From contig JAFWFL010000080.1 in assembly GCA_017515595.1 (NCBI GenBank), positions 1,200-65,199 on the forward strand: a DNA stretch of 64,000 nucleotides, given 5' to 3'. Source of the DNA: Coriobacteriales bacterium. Its GTDB lineage: Bacteria; Actinomycetota; Coriobacteriia; Coriobacteriales; UMGS124. The notes below the pieces were generated by a model. It searched no databases. It saw nothing but the letters and a program-made list of their open reading frames with translations, and was not told where the DNA came from. Of the stretch, positions 37,504 to 45,264 are shown one piece after another (the stretch's first letter is position 1; every line of letters starts with the position of its first letter). The position numbers and the translations under genes were made by a program.

Positions 37504-38184
37504 ATGGGTCAGGGAGAAAATCAGGGCGTCTCGATTATCCTTGCTGCACGTACGGCAATTTATAATTTGCTGCACGCTATCTTTGGCGGCGATCCTCAAG
37601 AACGGGTTTTAGAAGCGCTCTCGGACGGTAGCCTTATGCAGCTTATCTCAGTATTCTGTGATGACGGAGACAGTCTGCAACTGTCTGCCCAGCACCTTGA
37701 AGAGCACACTCGGGCTCTTAAAACCTCAGATCCTGATATCCTTGACAAACTGAGCTCTGTCTACTGCAGACTTTTTGTGGGACCCGGCAAAGTAGAAGCT
37801 GAACCATGGGAATCTGTTTATAACGAAGGCGAGGCTATGCTTTTCCAAAAGTCGACGCTTGACGTGCGCAAAGCATATGTTGCACAGGGGTTTATTCCCA
37901 AGAGCTACCCCCATGTGGCAGATGACCACATTGCCCTCGAGCTTGATTTTATGAGACAACTTGCGAAACGCATGGAAGAGACTTTGGCTTCTGACAGCGG
38001 TGAGTATGAAGTTTTGCGACAGGCTTCAGCGAAATTCCTCTCTTCACATATGCTTAACTGGGTTCCTTTGTTCTATGCAAAAGTAGAATCAGCACGCGAA
38101 CAGTTAATATATCGTGAGGCAGCAGCTTTGCTTAATGAATTTTTAAAAATCGATCTCGAAGTATTGGACGAATTAGCCAAATAA
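37504..38184 (+). CDS. TorD/DmsD-family redox-enzyme maturation chaperone (module 2)
   Basis: 226 aa. LFVGPGKVEAEPWESVY..YPHVADDHIALELDFMRQLA. SD AAGGAG. Confidence 0.87.
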   Translation: MGQGENQGVSIILAARTAIYNLLHAIFGGDPQERVLEALSDGSLMQLISVFCDDGDSLQLSAQHLEEHTRALKTSDPDILDKLSSVYCRLFVGPGKVEAEPWESVYNEGEAMLFQKSTLDVRKAYVAQGFIPKSYPHVADDHIALELDFMRQLAKRMEETLASDSGEYEVLRQASAKFLSSHMLNWVPLFYAKVESAREQLIYREAAALLNEFLKIDLEVLDELAK

Positions 38185-38199
38185 CATACTGCTTGTGTA

Positions 38200-39654
38200 C
38201 TATCCCATAAAGCGCTCGACCACGTCGAGAAGTTCACCTTTACTCGTGATACCAAGCTTACGGTAGATACGCTGTCGATGGCTCGAGACAGTGCCGGCTG
38301 AGATGTTGAGCGTCTGCTGTATATAGGCGGTTTCTCTCCCGCGTGCCAAAAGCGCAAAGACCTCGGTCTCACGCTGAGAAAGAGCATAGTACTTGGCAAT
38401 TTTGGTTATAACCGTATCAAGTGATTCAGTTGTGACCTGGGGCAGTTTGCTTGCAAGTGTTGCCTTGTAGAGTTCATGCTCAGAGAATAAGAAAAGATAT
38501 GCCAACAGCATGGCTGAAACAGAAACCAAAACAAGTATTCCAATTGACTCATCGTGAGCAATAGCATGCCCCGCCCAGACCGTACGCACGGTAAACAATG
38601 AAGCAAGATAACCGGTCCAATAAAGGGCAAGTTCCAGAGAAAGCGCTTTGTCTGTGGGTAGTTTTGACCGCATAGCGATAAGCGGTGAGAACATCCAGAA
38701 TACAAGCTGGAACCCAAGTCTGCCGGTAAGGGCCATAAGGTACGAGAAGAGCGGTGATGTCTGGTGTAACAGATAAAAAACACCGCTTACAACCAAAAGA
38801 AGCGGAACAATACGATACATAGATTGCAAAGAGATATTTGGCGCAAAAAGCAATACGAGAGCTATAGCCACCAAAACCGCAATTATTACCACACGAAGAA
38901 CGGTCAGCAAGGTACCGGGCGTCTCCGAAACGGCAATTACATCGAGCTCGGCTGCAAACGAACAAAAGATTGACGCTGCGGCAAAAACTCCCATTGCAAT
39001 ACTTGCTCTTATAGCAAGATTTGGGTCTACCTTTTCTTTATCAGGTTCGTCCATAATCTGACTTCCATTCAGCTGTGCTGTTTTTGCCTGAACGTTCCAA
39101 ACACGAAGCAGAAAGAAAGCCGAAAGAGGCCCGCAAACAATGCCAATAACTTCATAAACAACGGTTAGATTGTCGACGCCAATATTGAGAATGACACCAA
39201 GTAAGTAACCTACCGCGATACCCGCTACAGCTACAACCCTGTCCATATGCGAAAAGGTAACACCCCAGAAGATAAGCATGAGTGCCACGCCAACACCGGC
39301 AAGAAGACCAAATAAAACACCAAAAACCGGTCCATCCAATGGGAATAGCAGAGATCCTGCCGCCATACAGACAACACCCACTGTGAGTATTTTTTTCTCG
39401 TTAACTCGACCGTAAATACCTCTGCAGGCAGACACTGCAAATGTTGCTATAAAAAAGAACGCATAGAAATCATACCGTCCAATACCTGCAATATTATACT
39501 GTGACGGGATAACGTTATTAAGCATATAATAAATAGAAATATGCAGCATAAGCAGGCCAAAGCCTGCAACTGAGAAAATAAAAGAAGCGTAATCAGTCTC
39601 TGAAAAGCTTAACAGACTCGGCTTTTGGGTTGTGTCTGCAGTCTGGTTGTTCAC
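38200..39654 (-). CDS. Polytopic-membrane LuxR-family transcriptional regulator
   Basis: 484 aa. About 10 or more hydrophobic segments, then LSQRETEVFALLARGRETAYIQQTLNISAGTVSSHRQRIYRKLGITSKGELLDVV. GTG start preceded by GGGAGAGG. Confidence 0.85.
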   Translation of the reverse strand: MNNQTADTTQKPSLLSFSETDYASFIFSVAGFGLLMLHISIYYMLNNVIPSQYNIAGIGRYDFYAFFFIATFAVSACRGIYGRVNEKKILTVGVVCMAAGSLLFPLDGPVFGVLFGLLAGVGVALMLIFWGVTFSHMDRVVAVAGIAVGYLLGVILNIGVDNLTVVYEVIGIVCGPLSAFFLLRVWNVQAKTAQLNGSQIMDEPDKEKVDPNLAIRASIAMGVFAAASIFCSFAAELDVIAVSETPGTLLTVLRVVIIAVLVAIALVLLFAPNISLQSMYRIVPLLLVVSGVFYLLHQTSPLFSYLMALTGRLGFQLVFWMFSPLIAMRSKLPTDKALSLELALYWTGYLASLFTVRTVWAGHAIAHDESIGILVLVSVSAMLLAYLFLFSEHELYKATLASKLPQVTTESLDTVITKIAKYYALSQRETEVFALLARGRETAYIQQTLNISAGTVSSHRQRIYRKLGITSKGELLDVVERFMG

Positions 39655-39900
39655 TTAACCGCCTCTCCCTGCTTATCTTCCATCATATGTGAAAGAATGT
39701 ACCATATTGAACCTTGCAATAATACGACGGCTCTAAGTACGCACACATAATATACTTCATCCTCCGTTTAACTAATCCCAGGCTCCCATGAACGGTGACG
39801 TTTGGCCTGTGTTTAGGTGTCATCAAGAGAATAGCCTGATCATGAATCGCTTAGTTGGTATACAATTTTACCTTGTAAAGTTGAGTATCGCTTGATGAAA

Positions 39901-39929
39901 CCTGACAAAAGGTCTGTCCTTTTGTCAGG
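39901..39929. repeat. Palindromic repeat copy 2 (CCTGACAAAAGG-TCTGT-CCTTTTGTCAGG)
   Basis: Exact 12-bp arms and a 5-nt loop, in the divergent intergenic region between the LuxR gene and ackA. Confidence 0.85.
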
Positions 39930-39939
39930 CAATAAGGAA

Positions 39940-39968
39940 CCTGACAAAAGGACGGACCTTTTGTCAGG
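39940..39968. repeat. Palindromic repeat copy 3 (CCTGACAAAAGG-ACGGA-CCTTTTGTCAGG)
   Basis: Exact 12-bp arms. The loop is the reverse complement of the copy-4 loop, so the orientation is inverted. The copy ends 24 nt before the ackA ATG. Confidence 0.85.
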
Positions 39969-39992
39969 CATCTCTCGCGAGGGAGGCTGTTT

Positions 39993-41204
39993 ATGCAGGT
40001 ATTAGTTGTTAATGCGGGTAGTTCTTCGCTCAAAAGTCAGCTTATTGAGACTGACGGCAAAGTTGCGAGCATGAAGTGCCTGGCCGAGAAGGTGGGTACT
40101 GACAACGCATTTATGTCGGTTGCATTTGCGCCTGATTTCCAAAAAACCATGTACAACATTGCCGGTTTGAGCGTTGTCCAATGTCTTCAGAAACTTCTTG
40201 AAGTTTTGGGGGATGACCCGGAATCACCTATAAGCGGCATTGACCAAATAGATGCTATTGGCAACCGCATTGTTGCAGGTGGCGAATACTTTACCAAGGC
40301 TACCCTGATAGATGACGAAGCCCGTGCCAATCTTACCAAATGCGAGGAACTTGCTCCGCTTCATAACCCCACAGCCGACGCCTGCATTGACATGATGCGC
40401 AAACTCATGCCCAATACGCCCCAGGTAGCGGTATTTGACACGGCGTTTCATGCGACAATGCCGCCAAAAGCATACATGTACCCGTTGCCCTGGAGCTACT
40501 ATGAGGATTACCATATTCGCCGCTACGGAGCCCACGGAACCTCGCATCGCTATGCAGCCCAGCAGGCGGCAAACCTTTTGGGGCGGCCTCTGCGCGATTT
40601 AGGCCTTATTACCTGCCATCTTGGTAACGGCGGCTCTATCACCGCGGTTAACCACGGCAAATCTATTGATACCACCATGGGATTTACCCCGCTCGAGGGT
40701 CTTATGATGGGCACGCGCAGCGGCAGCATTGACCCTGCTATTGTGACATATATCATGCGCCGCGAAGGCAAGACCTTTGACGAGATGGACGAGATTCTCA
40801 ACAAAAAGTCGGGCATTTTGGGCATCAGCGGCTTGGGAAGCGACATGCGCGACGTCCTCAAAGCAGCCAACAATGGGAACGAGCGCGCGGAGCTCGCCAT
40901 TGACATGTATGTCTATAAAGTTCAAAAGGCCATTGGCAGCTACTATGCCATCATGCGCCGCACCGACGCCGTTGTAATGACAGCAGGCATTGGAGAGAAC
41001 TCAGCCGAGCTCCGCGAGCGCATATTTGCAGGCCTTGCTCACATGGGCATGATTCTTGATAAAGACCGCAACCAGGTAGAAGGCGCAATTGGCGTAAACC
41101 GCGTTATCTCCATTGATGATTCGCCCATCAAAATTTGTGTTGTTACCACAGATGAAGAAATGCGTATAGCCCGCGAAACCGACAACCTCGTATCACAGCA
41201 ATAA
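39993..41204 (+). CDS. ackA: Acetate kinase
   Basis: 403 aa. MQVLVVNAGSSSLKSQL, ..RRYGAHGTSH.. and ..GIGENS.. are canonical AckA motifs. SD GGGAGG. Confidence 0.95.
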   Translation: MQVLVVNAGSSSLKSQLIETDGKVASMKCLAEKVGTDNAFMSVAFAPDFQKTMYNIAGLSVVQCLQKLLEVLGDDPESPISGIDQIDAIGNRIVAGGEYFTKATLIDDEARANLTKCEELAPLHNPTADACIDMMRKLMPNTPQVAVFDTAFHATMPPKAYMYPLPWSYYEDYHIRRYGAHGTSHRYAAQQAANLLGRPLRDLGLITCHLGNGGSITAVNHGKSIDTTMGFTPLEGLMMGTRSGSIDPAIVTYIMRREGKTFDEMDEILNKKSGILGISGLGSDMRDVLKAANNGNERAELAIDMYVYKVQKAIGSYYAIMRRTDAVVMTAGIGENSAELRERIFAGLAHMGMILDKDRNQVEGAIGVNRVISIDDSPIKICVVTTDEEMRIARETDNLVSQQ

Positions 41205-41214
41205 TTGCTCCAGC

Positions 41215-42630
41215 TTAGACCAAAGAGGCACAGCTTAAAGCGATCTCGTTCTCGTCGCGGACAGGGGTCATATCAAATATATACCGCATATAATACCCGG
41301 TGAGAGCATCTATGTCTGCCCACTGTTCAACAAGGTCAGGGCGGCGCTCCATTTGATTGAGCGTACCGGTAAAATAGTGGTAGTTTACCTGAGCGCTAAA
41401 ATCTACCAGCTCGGCGGCATTAGCGTATCCTTGAGATTCAAGCCAGACTACGGCATCGTCGCGCTTGTTCCCTCTAAAGAAATCACGGGCATAGGTTGCG
41501 AAGTCAAGCAGGTCCGGATTGGTATACCCCTCCTCAGCTGCCCATGCCGAGACGCCCTCGTCAAACGGCTGAGTCTCATAGGTAAGCACGAGCGGGCCTC
41601 TCAGCCCCTTATTCAAATCTGTCTGAACCGTGAGTTCAGAAGTACCGGTTTTCTCGTCTTGGCCGAGAAGCCCGGGCGAGCTATTCGCATAAAGCCTGAC
41701 GTATGCATATTGGCAGGGAGACACGCTTAACGCTGATGTTGCGACATCAAGGAAACCGTCTTCATCAATCATATAATGCTGCAGGTGCAAATGCCCGCAA
41801 AAGTTTGCGAGAACACCGTATTGCTTATAGAGGCTAAGAAGCTCGCTGGCATTGTTTATTTTATATCCGTAATCTATAAAAGTCTGTTGAAGCATGCTTT
41901 GATGACTAAAAGCAATAACGCGTGCCTGTGCACGGGATGCATCTTGGAGCTGCCGCTCTATCCAGGCAAGCGTTTGCTCAGGCACAGTACCCAAAGACTC
42001 CACGGCATTCACGTCTACCAGTAAGAACCGCAGCGCCGGGGCATATTCCCACACGTAACTAAGCGACGCTTCATCGCGTGCGATTGTTTGAGGGCAAAGG
42101 CTGCCGTCATACCCACACGCCCCGTACATACGTGCAAATTCCCCGGCATCAACACTCTCTACGAGCGTGTAACCGTTCCCCTCAAAACTTGCCGCCTGGT
42201 TACAATTAACATCATGATTACCGGGAATCACAAGCACGGGAATCCCTGCGAGGGTCACGCGGGACAAAAGAACGACCATGTCTTCATGGCTCAAGCGGGC
42301 TCCGTTAAAGGTAAGATCCCCTGGTATCACAAGAACATGAGGCTTTTGGGTAATCACAAACTTTGTAAACGCATCCATAAGCTCATACACATACTCGGTA
42401 ACCTTGCCGTCGGCTGAGGTAATGAGTGCTTCAAAATATGCACCGTGATCTGTGAGCTTAGGCGATATTACATGCATGTCGCTTGCGATCATTATGTTTA
42501 CCAAAGGATCGTTGGTTACTGCAGGCTCAGATTCACCGGCCAAAACGCGCAAAGGGAGTCCACACGCGAGCGCCCCAAACCCTGCAATACTCATCTGCAA
42601 GAATTCGGAGCGGCTCAGCGTATGACTCAT
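41215..42630 (-). CDS. Secreted calcineurin-like metallophosphoesterase
   Basis: 471 aa. Signal sequence MSHTLSRSEFLQMSIAGFGALACGLPLRVLA, Tat-like but with a single Arg. Metallophosphoesterase motifs ASDMH, PGDLTFNG, PGNHD and CGHLH. Confidence 0.78.
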   Translation of the reverse strand: MSHTLSRSEFLQMSIAGFGALACGLPLRVLAGESEPAVTNDPLVNIMIASDMHVISPKLTDHGAYFEALITSADGKVTEYVYELMDAFTKFVITQKPHVLVIPGDLTFNGARLSHEDMVVLLSRVTLAGIPVLVIPGNHDVNCNQAASFEGNGYTLVESVDAGEFARMYGACGYDGSLCPQTIARDEASLSYVWEYAPALRFLLVDVNAVESLGTVPEQTLAWIERQLQDASRAQARVIAFSHQSMLQQTFIDYGYKINNASELLSLYKQYGVLANFCGHLHLQHYMIDEDGFLDVATSALSVSPCQYAYVRLYANSSPGLLGQDEKTGTSELTVQTDLNKGLRGPLVLTYETQPFDEGVSAWAAEEGYTNPDLLDFATYARDFFRGNKRDDAVVWLESQGYANAAELVDFSAQVNYHYFTGTLNQMERRPDLVEQWADIDALTGYYMRYIFDMTPVRDENEIALSCASLV

Positions 42631-42661
42631 TATGATCCTCTGTTACAAAATCACTTTGTTT

Positions 42662-44035
42662 TTAGAGGAAGAATATCAAGGTATCTATAACAAATACCGG
42701 CAAAAGTATCGCACATGACCAGCCCATATAACCAAAGAACGAGGGCATCTTGATGCCGGAACTCTCGGCAATATTTTTGACCATAAAGTTGGGAGCATTG
42801 CCGATGTAGGTCATAGCACCCATAAATACGGCGCCGGCGCTAATGGCGAGAAGCATGGGGATCGCAACGGTTCCCACGGTTGTGAGCACACCCTCTGCTG
42901 CGCCAAGCGAACCCGCAGTGGTAAGGAATACCACGTAGGTGGGCGAGTTATCAAGGAACGAGCTGAGAGCACCGGTTGCCCAGAAGAACTTAAGCGGGCT
43001 GTCAATACCAAGCGAGCTGCCGTTGGCACGGAGCAAAATAAGAGCGGGAATCATGGTGATGAAGATGCCGATAAAGAGTTTGGCAACCTCGGCAATAGGG
43101 GCCCATTCAAACACGTTCTTCTCGCGAATTTGCTTTTTGGTAGTTACGAGCGAGAGAGCCATCGCAAGAAGAATAAGGCCTATTTGAACAACATAATCAA
43201 TACCAACATGAGTACCAAAGATATCAAAACCGTACGTTTGACCGGTTGCCGAGTCAATACAGGCTTCCATCTGGGGAATTGCGCCGTTGAGAATAACGGC
43301 GATGATAATAATTGCGAGGAAAATAAAGTTGTGGGCGCCGTCAATACCAAGCGGGAGCTTCTCCTCTACCTGCTGCTCAAGAGCGAGTGAATCTGAACCT
43401 TCCTGGCCTTCCTTTGCAATGAAGTGACGGTCAATAGCAATAAATGCCACAATGAGAATAACCGTATTAAGAATAAGCAACGGCCAGATGTGCTGGAGCG
43501 TCCAGAAGAAGGGCACACCGCGCAAATAGCCCAGAAATAAAGGCGGATCGCCCAGAGGCGTAAGGCAGCCGCCAATGTTGGCAACCAGGAAAATAAAGAA
43601 GATTACAATATGCGCCTTGTGCCTGCGCCACAGGTTCGCACGCAAGAGCGGACGAATAAGAAGCATGGCAGCTCCGGTAGTACCCACCCAGCTTGCAAGT
43701 GCGGTACCAATGAGCAAAATGATAACGTTATTACGCGTAGTACCTGCTATAGTGCCGCGTACATGAATGCCTCCGGCAACGGTAAAAAGACCGAGCAAAA
43801 GCACAATGAAGGGTATGTAATCACCCACAATGGTCTCGCTGAGTTCTTCTGCCGTAATGTGAAGGCCATAACCAATGGTAAACGGTATCAAAAAGAGAAA
43901 AGCCCAAAAAGCGGCAACCAAAAGCTGGTGTTTTTCATACCATTCGCCAATAACCAAAGGCATAATAGCAATTGAGAGCAGCATACCCACAAAGGGAATA
44001 ATGCTCCAAAGAGGCAGGGTCTCGGCTATTTCCAT
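42662..44035 (-). CDS. ArsB/NhaD-superfamily (citrate-transporter-like / putative Na+/H+ antiporter) permease
   Basis: 457 aa, about 12 TM. Its overall look matches proteins usually annotated as sodium:proton antiporter of the ArsB/NhaD clan. No diagnostic motif checked. Confidence 0.6.
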   Translation of the reverse strand: MEIAETLPLWSIIPFVGMLLSIAIMPLVIGEWYEKHQLLVAAFWAFLFLIPFTIGYGLHITAEELSETIVGDYIPFIVLLLGLFTVAGGIHVRGTIAGTTRNNVIILLIGTALASWVGTTGAAMLLIRPLLRANLWRRHKAHIVIFFIFLVANIGGCLTPLGDPPLFLGYLRGVPFFWTLQHIWPLLILNTVILIVAFIAIDRHFIAKEGQEGSDSLALEQQVEEKLPLGIDGAHNFIFLAIIIIAVILNGAIPQMEACIDSATGQTYGFDIFGTHVGIDYVVQIGLILLAMALSLVTTKKQIREKNVFEWAPIAEVAKLFIGIFITMIPALILLRANGSSLGIDSPLKFFWATGALSSFLDNSPTYVVFLTTAGSLGAAEGVLTTVGTVAIPMLLAISAGAVFMGAMTYIGNAPNFMVKNIAESSGIKMPSFFGYMGWSCAILLPVFVIDTLIFFL

Positions 44036-44288
44036 GAGTACTCCTCACAAGCGCGGTCAAAACAATTGATGATTGTACACTAGCTCGTACCAAAAATTGT
44101 TTCTTATAGGTAAGAAATCAGGTCTTCTCGGTAAAACAGTATAGTTTTTAAATGCCCGGGAGGATTGCAAGCTCCAAATTCTCTTTTCTGTTTACGGTTT
44201 GTGTGTAGAGATAAAGACATGAATTGATAATAATGTTCTGCCATACTTTACAAACTTGTGGTTATAAAAGCGTCATTGGAGGCAGAGA

Positions 44289-45257
44289 GTGTCTCAAACT
44301 ATTGTAAGTCAGTTCATTTTAATTATCGGCCTTTTGGCGGTTGGTTATGTCTGCCGGAAGCTCGATGTAATAGATGAAAACGCCGGGAAATATCTCTCCA
44401 AAATATTGCTCTGTTTAACAATTCCGGCAACAGCCATAGAGGCGGCTATTGGCAAGCCTTTGGAGAACCTCGCGAACGTACTGGTATTCTTGGGTATCGC
44501 ATCTGCGCTCTTTGTGGTGGTACCGCTCATAGGCAAGCTTTTGTGCAAAATCATGAAATGGAGCGAGGTCTACCGCCTGATGCTTACATTTGGCAACACC
44601 GGCTTTGTGGGAATCCCGGTGAGCGCGGCTGTGTGGGGCCAGGAATCAGTGTTTTATGTAACGCTCTTTATGATGACATTTAATATTGCATTCTTTACCT
44701 GGGGCGTTGCTACCATGAAGCGCATCAGCGGGTACAATGTCAATGCCGAGGCCTTGGGCCGGCCAAAGCCTTCTTTTAAGCAACGCGTTGCAAAAACATG
44801 GCGCGATCTTTTGAACCCGGGCATTATATCTGCGCTTTTGGCGTTGCTGATTTTTCTTTTCCAGATTCCCATACAGGAGGATCTTGCCCGGCTTATTTCT
44901 ACCGTCGCCTCAATCAACACACCGCTTGCAATGATTGTTATTGGCGCCTCTTTGGCGAGCGTCCCCATAAAGGACATCTTTAACGACAAATATGTGTATC
45001 TATTTGCTGCAATCAAGCTTATGGCTTTGCCCGCGCTCGTGCTGGCTGTGCTGGCATTCTGCCCAATCGACCCGCTGCTGGTTGGTATCTTTGTGGTTCT
45101 CGAATGCATGCCCGTTGCCGGGAACCTCTCGATGATCGCCATCCAATACCACGGCGACATCAACCTCGTCAGCAAAGCCACAGCCCTGACTACGCTGTTC
45201 TTTATACCTTCTGTGCTGTTTTGGTCTTACATAGTGCGTCTTGTAGTTGCAATATAA
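44289..45257 (+). CDS. AEC (auxin efflux carrier / malate permease-like) family transporter
   Basis: 322 aa, about 10 TM with a central hydrophilic loop. GTG start 7 nt after GGAGG. The N-terminus ..IIGLLAVGYVCRKLDVIDENAGKYLSKILLCLTIPA is typical of AEC proteins. Confidence 0.72.
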   Translation: MSQTIVSQFILIIGLLAVGYVCRKLDVIDENAGKYLSKILLCLTIPATAIEAAIGKPLENLANVLVFLGIASALFVVVPLIGKLLCKIMKWSEVYRLMLTFGNTGFVGIPVSAAVWGQESVFYVTLFMMTFNIAFFTWGVATMKRISGYNVNAEALGRPKPSFKQRVAKTWRDLLNPGIISALLALLIFLFQIPIQEDLARLISTVASINTPLAMIVIGASLASVPIKDIFNDKYVYLFAAIKLMALPALVLAVLAFCPIDPLLVGIFVVLECMPVAGNLSMIAIQYHGDINLVSKATALTTLFFIPSVLFWSYIVRLVVAI

Positions 45258-45264
45258 ATACTTT

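Noticed and set aside
39901-39968. The tandem palindromes as a mini CRISPR array.
   Set aside because: There are only two units with a 10-nt spacer, the units are perfect palindromes, and no cas genes are present. The same unit occurs singly at gene ends elsewhere, which is REP-like behaviour.
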